Virus record (IMG/VR): IMGVR_UViG_3300022856_000003
DNA: 64,000 bases
Source of the DNA: a virus
Reading direction: 5' to 3' (one strand)
Position numbers and translations under genes: made by a program. Shown here piece after piece: positions 45,055-55,408 of this stretch. The notes beneath the pieces were generated by a model. That model was not told where the DNA came from. It saw only the letters and a list, made by a program, of their open reading frames with translations, and ran no database searches. Numbering within the stretch: the stretch's first letter is position 1; the number at the start of each line of letters is the position of its first letter.

Positions 45055-47317
45055 ATGAAGTCCTTCATCACAGAACTGTCTGAGCCCACCGTCTCGGACC
45101 TCGACGAGGGCGGCTTCGGCTCCTCGCTCAAGGACGCGAAGAAGGCGGTCGACTCTTTGAAGTCGTCGTCGCACAACATCGTCAAGATGGGCACGGTGGG
45201 ATTGCCGAAGACGAAGTTCGCTCTGAACGACGGGACCACTGCTTACGTCTTCGAGCTGGTCAGTATCCAGTAGGAGTAGATGTGAAGAATCTGATCAAAG
45301 AACTGTCCGAAGATCCCGAAGAGACCGACGATCTCGAGGAGGCATCCGGCTCCTACGAGGGTGAGGGGATCCAGTTTACCGACAAGGAGGCTCGTGCCTT
45401 CCGTCTCGGAGTGGACCTCGGAAGGTTGTCTGGCCAGAAGAAGCTCAGACGTGTTGATTTCGAGATCAACAGCGACAACTTCGCGTTCGTGAGTTTCAAG
45501 GCGAAGAAGAAGGTCGGTGCTCACATCCTGATGTACCTCCGTGGATGGTGGAAGGTCACCTACCACTTCGACACCGAGAGTTTCGAGTCGAAGTGAAGCG
45601 CCTCATCGCCCATCTCGCAGAGTCCGCATCGGAACCTGGGATCGTCTGGTTCGCAGCGAACGAGTGGCCGAAGACATCTTCGCTCGCCACTGGCTCAAAG
45701 GCCGCTGAGAGGTACCCGTTGGTTCCCTTCGCGACCGTCTTCAAGAGTGGTGATCATCCGGGTGCGAACTTCAAGAGGAAGGACCTCCCAGGGAAGTTCG
45801 TCGTGAAGAAGGGTCGAGACCACTTCCTGATCGACTCGGGCGACAAGGACTACGGCAAGCGAGTCGCGAAGTTGCCGAAGTTCAAACCTGTGGCGCGCTT
45901 CCAGTGAAATCGCTCATCGACGACCTCCGCGAGATGACCCTCGCCGGGAACGTCGCCACCGTGGCAGTCCCATTGGGAGCCGTCCTCCGACGCCCATGGC
46001 CTGACATGTGGAAGAAGCGAAAGAAGCGCAAGAAGACTGAGTCCCTCGACGAGTCAGCGTCCGTCTGGAAGCAGATGGTCGACATCGATTCCAAGCTCGA
46101 CAGCGAAGCGCAGAACTGGAATCACAACCTCGCCGCTGTCTTCAAGCTCTATGAGAAGTTCGCATCGAGGCCAGCGAAGCTCGCAATAATTCTGGCCAAG
46201 TTCGACGCCCCGCACTGGCTGTCGACTGCGAAGGCGAAGCACGGCTTGGAACAGGTTCGCCTGCACGACAAGGCGCTGGCCAAAAGCATCATCCGTGAGA
46301 TCCGTCGCTGGGATGGCATGAAGGACGCGACATGAAGGCACTGATCAAAGATCTGGACGAGGTTGCTGTCCCACCGAAAGCCCGGAGGGTGGAGGTTACG
46401 ATGGCAATCGAGGGGAAGACTCTGATCATCGAGACCCCTGCTGGAACGATGGAGGTCCTCAACTTCAAGAAGTCGGCGATCGGTGAGGAACCAGCGCGGT
46501 TCAATGGTCACGTACCGAAGACCTGGATGAAGTCGTGAAGGCACTGATCAAGGCACTCAAGGGTCGTGACGCAGAATCCATCCGAGTGGTGGTACGCGCT
46601 GAACTCGAGGTTTCAGGGTTCGTTACCGTCGAGGACGGGAAGATCAAGGCGTTCGTCGGTCCTGACAAGAAAGAGATCGAGTCACAGATGCGTGATGGTC
46701 TCGTGAAGGTCCAGTCCCTCATCGGAGCATCTAGGCGCGATGTTCTCGCTGGGGCAAAGAAATCGGGACTGGTATAGTCCGGATGTAGCCCGCGACGGTG
46801 CGGGCCAGGAGGTTCCATGAAGTACCGCTGTTGCAACTGTTCCCACATCGACACCAATGGCTCGAAGTGCTCGAAGTGCGGGTCCAACTCGCTCGAGACC
46901 CTCTCGCCCGCCAACCAGCCCACTGCTGAGAGCGCACCCCAGGGTGGTCCACAGCTTCTCTGCGAAGTGCCCGACGATCGAAAGCCCGTAGGCAACCAGA
47001 TCAACGGGTGAAATCGATTTCGCGGAGAAGACATGAAGGCATTGATCCAGTCGATCGACGAAAGCAAGTCGGTACCGCTCAAGGTCCTACGCGCACTCTC
47101 GTCGGGTGTGTTCGGTAACGCGAAGTCGTCGATCCTGTATTGGGCCGATGGTGGCGTCTACAAGATCACGTCTAGTGGCGAGGTCTCGTTCGATAAGAAG
47201 AAGATCGGGAAAGTGGACAGCCGTGACGATCTCCTGCTCGCTCTGTCTTCCGGTCGAGGAGGCTCGTACAAGGTCGGGTCGAAGACCGTGAAGTTCGGAG
47301 CTTCGTCGAAGAAATGA
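45055..47317 (+). CDS. Cluster of small putative internal head proteins with 10-aa N-terminal capsid-targeting leaders
   Basis: 45055 MKSFITELSE; 45282 MKNLIKELSE; 45593 MKRLIAHLAE; 45904 MKSLIDDLRE; 46332 MKALIKDLDE; 46535 MKALIKALKG; 47033 MKALIQSIDE. Confidence 0.75.
46817..47011 (+). CDS. Small zinc-ribbon protein
   Basis: MKYRCCNCSH...KCSKCGS. AGGAGG RBS. Confidence 0.6.
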   Translation: MKYRCCNCSHIDTNGSKCSKCGSNSLETLSPANQPTAESAPQGGPQLLCEVPDDRKPVGNQING

Positions 47318-48150
47318 GCCATCCCGACTTCGAAAAGACCCCATTTGCCAGCAAGAAGTTCTCAGCGTTCTTCCTTGCGGAGATCTCCTGGAAGGTCCTT
47401 CTGGGTATCGCCATCGCTGGGTCTATCAAAATCCTGCTCGACGGAGGGACCATCCCGATCTGGTTGCTCTGGGTGGAGCTGGCCATGGTCTTCGTCTCAG
47501 GGTTCGTCGAGGTCACCTTCATTGGCAAGCAGGCTGATCTGGACAAGTTCGTCCGACTCGCCGCTCTAGGCTTCAAGGGTCCTACCGGCAAGACACCGAC
47601 CCCACCGGAGACTCCTGACGATGTCTGATGAACCAGCCGTGAAGATCTCAAGCAAGTACATGAGCGCAGGCATCGCAGCCATCGGCCTCATTGCGCTCGC
47701 CGCCGCTGGTTTGGTCACCATCACGACGCCAGGCGAACAGGAGTGCAAGGACAAGGTGTCTGACCTTCGCGTCGACATGGCGACGGCCACGGCTGAAGTC
47801 AAGTATCTGACCGAGGTGAAGGACACATGCAAGGCGGCTCTCGAGTCCATCACAAGAGGTTCCAAATGAAGAAGATCACTATCACCATCATCGCCTTGTG
47901 GATCGGCCTGTTCGTCGGAGTGTCGATCAACGGCGCAGACGCGCACGACCCCGCTGCGTGCCCGCCTGTGGTTCCGTGCGAGTGTCCCGAGCCTGTGCCG
48001 TGCCTTCTGGTCGGAATGGCCGACGATGATGACAGTGCGGAAGAGCTTCTGATGTTCGACATTGGCCCACCCTTGGTGGAGAAGACGGACGAGGTGAAGA
48101 AGGCTCTCGACGCCATCAAGGACTATGAGCGACAGCGCAAGATGAGGTGA
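47314..48150 (+). CDS. Three small membrane or secreted proteins (47314..47628 two TM, holin-like; 47621..47869; 47866..48150)
   Basis: Hydrophobic segments in each ORF. Genes overlap. Confidence 0.5.
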
Positions 48151-48569
48151 CTCATAACTTGCACTCTCAAGTCGTATCGCTTATGATGTTCATGAACCGA
48201 AACGATTACCTCGAAGGTCGAGGGAGAGAGCATCATGACTCACAGCTACCGACAGTACGACAGGACCTTTCAGTGCTCTGACCGCATGTGCGGAGCAGAC
48301 GATTGCTCTGTCTGCCGCCCAGGCTGCAACGGCGAACAGGAGACTGTACGCGACCTCTCCGATGCTGGTTTCGACTTCCACCCCGAAGACCAGTGGTGGA
48401 GCAAGGTAGTTGAGTTCCGCGTATGCACCGCTCGCCGCGATCACACGAAGCGCGACATCAAGAAGGGTGACCGCTACTCGCGATGGACCACTCGATTCGT
48501 CGAGGATGAGACGGGCCATTCCAGTCACTCCAACGTCTACCGAATCCTCGCCCGCGCCCAGGTGGCAGC

Positions 48570-49094
48570 GTGACCCATAAAGCCGTGCCTCAACGGGTCA
48601 TGGGCGACCAGGGTCCGTTCAACGTCCAGGTGCTTGAGAACACGACCAGTAGGTACGCCTTCTGGATGTGTTGGGTAGAACGCAAAGGGAGCGTTTGGTT
48701 CGCCTGCTGGCGCTTCGGGAAGATTGGCACCAGCGGAAGGTCAGGCGGGTCCAAACACCATGGGTCCTATGCTGCCCTGGCCGCTGCGGAGGCGAAGTAC
48801 CAGAAGAAGAGGCTCAAGGGTGACTACGTCGCTGTGTGGAACGGTGGTCCTCCTGTTCACCCCTCTCAGCCGTCGAAGCCGAAGAAGAGCAAGGTCGCGA
48901 TGCCCCTACTGATGGGGAAGCAGGAAGCGGTCCCCCTAATCCATGGCTACACGTCGAGTCAGTGGAAGAACGTCGAGTCGACCGGGAACTCGAAGATCAT
49001 GGAGGGGAAGTTCACTGGCGCTGCATTCCCCGCCCCGCCCGTCCCGGATGTGACTCCAGATGACCTACTAGACCTCATACAGTTCATGGACTGA
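48570..49094 (+). CDS. WGR-domain protein
   Basis: RYAFW...WRFGKIGTSGR...AEAKYQKKRLKGDY. Confidence 0.65.
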   Translation: MTHKAVPQRVMGDQGPFNVQVLENTTSRYAFWMCWVERKGSVWFACWRFGKIGTSGRSGGSKHHGSYAALAAAEAKYQKKRLKGDYVAVWNGGPPVHPSQPSKPKKSKVAMPLLMGKQEAVPLIHGYTSSQWKNVESTGNSKIMEGKFTGAAFPAPPVPDVTPDDLLDLIQFMD

Positions 49095-50545
49095 TGTCGA
49101 ACAAGCAGAACAACAGTCCACAGTACGTGGATGCGAACGACTACAGCTACTCCTCCTCCTACGGGGATGGTCACGCCCGTATGAAGGAACAGGAAGTCCT
49201 CACGTCAGAGCAGGTCTTTATGTCCGCGTCAGCCGGATGGCCGAAGTCGTCGAAGTCGTCCACAGCGATGGATCTTGTCGAGTTCCAGGCGAAGCTGGAG
49301 TCTGTACGTCTGGCTCTGATGGAGTCGGATGAAGCGGCTTCGTCTGACAATCCGGATCCTCTCCTGATGACGCTTCGCGCTGCGCTTATGGCTCAGGCTG
49401 AGTTGATGACCCACATTGGTAACCAAGCCAGGGGTCTACAGAACCGTATCTCGACCATGGTGAAGGCCAAGAAGGCAAAAGACACCCTTGAGTCTGACAT
49501 CGCGAACAAGATCCTCATGGCTGACATCGCGAAGCTCAAAAGGGAGAACGGTCATCTTTCGGTTCAGATCAAGGGCGATTCGTTAGCGAAGGAGCGTGTC
49601 GCTAAAGAACAGAAAGCTCTGAGGCTCAACCTCTCTGTGCAGGTCAATGCTTTGAAAACCTGCGATTTGACGATCCAAAGGCTCGAGCTAGAGAACGACC
49701 TCTACGTCACCACGCTTGAGCGCATCGAGAAGTACGATCCTGATTGGAGACGGAAGATCTTCCCAGATGAGAACTTGGCGACCAGCTCTGGGCATAGCTC
49801 CAGCGACGACGGGATCGACCTCATCCTCGAGATTGTGGGGTTGGACGGATGAGCCCCGAAGACGAGCTGAGAACCAAGTACGAGGGTGCCTTCCTTGAGT
49901 TCAATGACGGAGAAGTCAGGGTCTTCTGTAGATCACCCATCGACATGGCCAGGACGCTTCTACAGCTTGCCGCTGATGAACCCGACGAGTCTGTGGTCGT
50001 CTACGGTGCCCATACCGCTGACATCGAGGCTGAGGACCCAGAAAAGGATGCTCTCCTGATGAAGGTCCTTGAAGACCCAACTGTCCAACTCGCCATGGCC
50101 ATGCTGGGCGGGGAAGTCATCGACGTTTGGCAGTCCGATCCGTCGTGAAGTACTACGGCCAAGTGGTAAGCGAAGCACTTCTGGCCGACCCTCCACGGAT
50201 ACGTGGATACCTCGACGGTGACATGCTCCGACGGCTCATCAGGTACGAGGGTCGACGTGGCTCCAGGAAGTTCCTGTTCGACATCATCGGATGGGTGGAT
50301 TTCAGAGATCTCATCAAGAGGAAGGACCTCGTCGCCCTTGCTCCAGCACTGGTGGAGCCGCCTCTCACGGTCAATGCCATCAAGGGACGACGGAACGTGC
50401 CATGCCCACACTGTGGGCTCGAACAGCTCGGAGTTCAGTTCTGGACACACTACAACCTCTTTCACGCGAGGCGTGTAAACTGGTTGAACCGAGAAGACTG
50501 GTCCAAGATGGGGCTAGGCGAATACCAGACCCCACCGGAGCAACG

Positions 50546-50974
50546 ATGATCGACCACACCCTTGTCTTCGGCATAGTCGCCGTCATTGGCCTTCTCATTG
50601 TAGGAGGCGTGCTCTACGCCATCCCAGTCACTCGCCCTTATGCAAGGAAGTTCTGGTGGATTCTGGCCATCGCGATCCTGTTCGCCATCGGGCTCATCGT
50701 CCTGCGAAAGCGACCAGGCAACTGGACGACGCTCCAGAAGTACAAGGACGACGCCGAAGGCGACCACATCCTCCGCGACTCGATGGGTGGATTCGATGAG
50801 TTGATCGACCATGCAAAAGAGAAGTCGGTCCTCGCTGATGCAGAACTCGCCGCGACCCGCATGAAGGCAGAGAAGGACCGCACGGTCTACGTCGCGAAGC
50901 TGGATGTCGTGAAGGAGATCGACGACTCCATCGTTCGGCGCAAGGCACTCATCCGGTTGGTGGAGGGCGCATGA
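50546..50974 (+). CDS. Membrane-anchored coiled-coil protein
   Basis: Two N-terminal hydrophobic segments followed by a charged helix. Confidence 0.5.
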   Translation: MIDHTLVFGIVAVIGLLIVGGVLYAIPVTRPYARKFWWILAIAILFAIGLIVLRKRPGNWTTLQKYKDDAEGDHILRDSMGGFDELIDHAKEKSVLADAELAATRMKAEKDRTVYVAKLDVVKEIDDSIVRRKALIRLVEGA

Positions 50975-51519
50975 CGACTCGGCGACACGCTTTGAAGCTG
51001 AGTGCCGCTTTCGCGGCAGCAGCCATGCTCGGACCGAAATCGATTTCGTCTCAGGTGGTGACACCGGACGTTCACGACGAAAAGTGGATCCGCGACACGC
51101 TCACGGACATAGCCCGTTCGTTTAACGGCAGATCAGGTGAACGAGCAGCAGGAATCCTAATAGGAGCCATGATGCGTCTTCGCCGCTTGTGGCCGTGGCA
51201 CGACTGGACTTGTATCTACGATGAGGCTCGTGACGTGGCTCTCGTGGACACTCCAGACGGTGTGATCGAGGTCAAGACCTTCATCCAGACATTCGACCGG
51301 CACTTCTGCTTTCACGGTCTGGATGCTGCTGCTGAGTTGTGTTCCTGCATAGCGATGAAGTCCTGGTACCAGTGGCGCATGGAGCTTCTCGGCGAGACCC
51401 TCGAGCAATGTGCTGATGAGTGGGCAAAGCAGGAGCTTCGCGTCCATCCACACTGGGGTCAGGGTGAGCGCAACTGGGCCGCTATCCAGAGAGAACTCGA
51501 CTTCAAGGGCTGGTCATGA
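50971..51519 (+). CDS. Hypothetical protein with a twin-arginine-like leader
   Basis: MTTRRHALKLSAAFAAAAMLGP. Confidence 0.45.
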   Translation: MTTRRHALKLSAAFAAAAMLGPKSISSQVVTPDVHDEKWIRDTLTDIARSFNGRSGERAAGILIGAMMRLRRLWPWHDWTCIYDEARDVALVDTPDGVIEVKTFIQTFDRHFCFHGLDAAAELCSCIAMKSWYQWRMELLGETLEQCADEWAKQELRVHPHWGQGERNWAAIQRELDFKGWS

Positions 51520-51950
51520 ACAAGCTCCTGTTCCTTCTGCTTCTCCTCCCCGGTACAGCATTCGCCCAGACAACCTTTGCTCCGGTCCCGGCTGACGTGG
51601 AGGTAGATGGAGTCTTCCTGTCGGGCATCCTGGTAGACGAAGGGACGTTCGCCGAGCTGGGTCGACTCCGCGTTGAGTCGAGGACGTTCAAGTTCGAGAT
51701 CGAAGGGCTCGAGGCGAGGCAAGCAGCCCTGGCTGGCATCTGGGAGATGACCGAGACCGCTCTCCGTGCCCGTCACGAAGAAGACATGACCGCGATGCAG
51801 ACCCACTACTCAGCCAGGCTCGAAGACGCCTACAAGCGGAACTTCCGCGAGAAACATGGTGTCGAGATCGGCCTGGGTCTTGGTGTCGTAGGGACCATCC
51901 TCGGTGTTCTTGTGACCGGGTACGCCCTGGGTCAGATCGACTCGCTGTGA
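51516..51950 (+). CDS. Exported protein with a C-terminal TM anchor
   Basis: Signal MNKLLFLLLLLPGTAFA and C-terminal IGLGLGVVGTILGVLVTGYAL. Confidence 0.6.
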   Translation: MNKLLFLLLLLPGTAFAQTTFAPVPADVEVDGVFLSGILVDEGTFAELGRLRVESRTFKFEIEGLEARQAALAGIWEMTETALRARHEEDMTAMQTHYSARLEDAYKRNFREKHGVEIGLGLGVVGTILGVLVTGYALGQIDSL

Positions 51951-52810
51951 AGCCGCTCTACCCCTCGGGCGAGATCACAACCTGCCCTGGTGAAAGCCGG
52001 GGTGACTGGAGTGATCATGAACCACAAGAGAAAAAGACCAAAGAACCGACGTGGCGGATGCCTTCTGTGTAAGCCGCACAAAGCCAATGGTTGCAAGCAC
52101 GGGAACCCGACTAGACAAGAAGCAAAAGCTCGCGCTAGCGAGGCTCAGCAGATTCGCGAAATCGATTTCGCATCCCTTGATTGAGATAGCGACCGCTGAT
52201 ACACTCTCGATGTTCAAACACTCCCCAAACCGCGCAAGGTGCGCGAGGAGAATCGATGAAGACCCTTACGGATACCGAACGTCTCGCCCTTCACACCCTC
52301 GGCAAGGGAAACAAGGGACTCAAAGAGAGTCGCGACGGTGTCGTCCCAGGCCAGTACACGGTGGACTTCACGGTTCACGTCACTGGTGATTTGACCATTG
52401 CGCCGGATACGACGGTTGCCCCGACTGTGACCCTACCGGCGAAGGAGATGGTCGCCAGGCTCCTCAAGATGATGGGTCACACTCGTTCCAGCGGGATCAA
52501 GCTGTTGGGTGCCATGGCAGAAGAGATCGACGGTCTGACCGCTGGTGCGAAAAAGACGCTGATGGCAGAGTCGGGCTTCAACGAGGCGACCAACATCATC
52601 AAGGCCCAGACCGTCGCGGTCATGGGGAAGACTCCTCGTCGTGGTTCCGTCAAGGGAGCCTTGAGCTACGAAGTCACTGATGCAGCGCCGACGGTCATCG
52701 TCGAGCAGCTCGAGGCAGAAGTTCGCAATATCCCCGCTCAAGACGATGTCTCGGGTGCGGTGGATGACATCCTCAACATGGACGATTAGTCCAGCCCTCA
52801 CCGGAGTCTC

Positions 52811-53119
52811 ATGACCATTTCGTTTCGACCCTTCTCTCACAACGTCCTAGTCCTTCGCTCGCAGGCCGAAGACAAGACCCATAGCGGTCTGTTCATCCCG
52901 GAGGACGCAGCCGAGGCACAGCGCCCGTTCCAGGGAGAGGTCATCGCCGTCGGTGCCGACCTCGATGGCAAGGTCAATGTCGGAGAGATCGTCGCCTACG
53001 GGAAGTACTCCGGTACGCCTCTGCTCCTGGGAGATGCGGCCAAGCCTGTCGAGCACGTCGTTCTCACCTGGACGGATCTCTTGGGAGCCGTGGAAGGGAT
53101 TGAACCCGATGCCTCGTAG
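52811..53119 (+). CDS. groES: Co-chaperonin GroES (Cpn10)
   Basis: FRPFSHNVLV...KTHSGLFIP...QGEVIAVG...VNVGEIVAYGKYSGT...DLLGAVE. Confidence 0.9.
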   Translation: MTISFRPFSHNVLVLRSQAEDKTHSGLFIPEDAAEAQRPFQGEVIAVGADLDGKVNVGEIVAYGKYSGTPLLLGDAAKPVEHVVLTWTDLLGAVEGIEPDAS

Positions 53120-53728
53120 CATCCCGATCAGTCGACCTCTCATCGCGGCCATCGTCGCCGCCGTGATCATCGGAATCACGGGAGGTGGCATTGCTGGCTG
53201 GGTCGTAGGACAGAGCAGACCACTGATGCTGAGCTGGACGATCTTCATCTACCTCGCCACGGGCTGGATGATGAAGGATTTGTGGGACTCGTGGAAGACG
53301 ATGAAGGCTCTCAAAGCGGCTGAAAACGACAGCACCATTGAGTCGATCTAGTACGTCAACGACGCTCTGTGCGACCCTCTCCTGGCTCAGGACCTAGTAC
53401 CCTTCGACCTACGCCTTGAAGACCTAAAAGCTCTCCTGTGGCCTGTCACACTGCTCCACTGGTGTGTAGCGTGACAGGCCAAACCTTGCACCATTGAGTG
53501 TTTCAGACGGTGTATCCACAGGCTTCGCGGTCCCCTCAAGGCTCAGTCCAGCGGACCCTTGCGACCACGCTCTAGGCATAGTCCAAAGTCTTAAACGGGC
53601 GCACACGGCCTGCTATCAAACGGTCGAATCGACACCCGACCTCTTGACAACTGCGAACCATCATTATATGATGAGTTCCAGGACGAAAAACCCCACCGTG
53701 CTCAACGGTACTCTCGGAGGTCGAGAAT

Positions 53729-54139
53729 ATGAGCCGCATCCAAATGACCCGCGCAGCAGTAGAAACCCTCATTCGCGAGAGCGACAACGCAGCGATGCGT
53801 GCGGTCTGCGCGATCTACCGTCAGCAGACGCTCGACGAGAAGATGGCCAAAGACACGAAGCACGACAACGATCGTGGCTTCTCCCAGGCTCATGCGAAGA
53901 TCGGAACCGAACTCGCAACCTGGATGACCGAGGGGAACAAGGACGGCGTGATGCGTCGTCGCACGGCAGGGAAGTTTCCCAGCCAGTGGACCCACGCTGG
54001 GACCAACCCTCGTACCGGAAAGAACATCTGGAAGAAGAACACCAGCGCCTACGCTGGTCGCCCTCGGCTCGTCGTTTGCCGAGAGTTGGCTCTTCACTAC
54101 GCCGGACAGATCACCCAAATCGCCAACGGCACCCTGTAA
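53729..54139 (+). CDS. Hypothetical large-phage protein (RA..AIY..QT.DE....T...N..GF pattern)
   Basis: Strong promoter 53644-53672 and GGAGG RBS. The motif is recalled from uncharacterised jumbo-phage proteins. Confidence 0.55.
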   Translation: MSRIQMTRAAVETLIRESDNAAMRAVCAIYRQQTLDEKMAKDTKHDNDRGFSQAHAKIGTELATWMTEGNKDGVMRRRTAGKFPSQWTHAGTNPRTGKNIWKKNTSAYAGRPRLVVCRELALHYAGQITQIANGTL

Positions 54140-55408
54140 GGTGTTGAGGAGGCAGAGCGCATGACAGACAGCCACGACAAAGTCGACCTCGACATCGAAG
54201 ACATGCTCCAACCGGAGATTGCGATCTCCATCGAGGAGAAGATCGCGCAATGTCGAGGGATCCCTGCGGTTCGCAAGATCGTCCAGGCCCACATCAAGAA
54301 GACGGTCATCGGACCACTCCAGGCAGCGATGAAGATGAATGGCATCATCGTCGAGCAACCTGAGCAGCGTCGTCTCTTCGCCGAGACAGTGTTCGCGTCC
54401 GTCTCGTTCACGCTCACTACGGGAGCTGAGGCGACGATCAGGTTGCTGGCGATGCTCAGCACTCGAGGAGGCCACCCGGCCACTGCCGAGGGATGCGAGC
54501 ACCAGTACTGCCCGCATCATCGCGGTCTACATCCGGTACTTCACATGAAGGCCATCCAGGACAAGAAGCCCATTGGCGTAATGTCCGACATTCTGGCCGA
54601 GAACGGCATGGACCCCAGCATGATGCTCGCCTTCAATGGCCCCAAGGCGGAAGCATGAGCAGCGTCTCAGCAGCGTCCCTTCTCGACGACGAACCCTCGG
54701 TGCAGGTGAAGCGGGTCGTCAAGATCGCTCCTTGCGGTGGCTGTGGGAACTTCCTCCTCCGCGACAAGATGTGGGCGATGAACACGAAGATCTACAGCCC
54801 GGATGACAAGGCGGAAACCGTCATCCGCGTTCGGGTCTGCGAGACTTGCGCCACTGGCGAGATTGATGATCTCCGAGAGATCGAGTGGGACAACGCATCC
54901 ATGCGAGTCCTCAAGGACGACGAGTCCCTCGAAGAGATCAACAAGGCTCTGGACAACGTGATCGAGGGATGAAATCGATTTCGCAGGAGGTCTGCGTGGA
55001 CAAGGACGAGAGCTACTTGAAAGACTTCAATCCGCTCACTGCGGAAGGCCCACCATGCCCACGATGTGGAGCTGAGTGCGAGTTGAAGCCAAGGGCTCGT
55101 GGGATTCGAGCGTCGTTTGTCTGGAAGTGCCCAAAGAAACCCACCGAACATGGTGTGATGCGGCTCTCTCAAGGCAAGGACATCCTTGAACGCCTCAGAC
55201 ATCAGCATGCCGACAGAGTCGCGGCTGAGAACGAAGTGATGATTCAGGAGTTCGACCAGGACGACATGGGCGCTATCGGCGAGATTCTCGCTGAACTCTG
55301 AATATTCGATCCCCGTTTACTTGACCTGACGAACGCCAACCGATACAATCCTAGTGCGTCGCGACATTGAGTCCGACGCCGCCCAAGGTGGGCATTCAAG
55401 GTGAATAC

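Larger units (their letters stand above)
9103..53610 (+). repeat. Dispersed ~130-bp intergenic element headed by GCACCATTGAG (4 copies)
   Basis: Heads at 9103, 31335, 53332 and 53488. An AAG(C/T)..CT..(A/G)CGG-like segment starts 95-98 bp downstream (9198, 31432, 53428, 53586). ACGCACACT is at +68/+69 in the first two copies. Confidence 0.7.
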
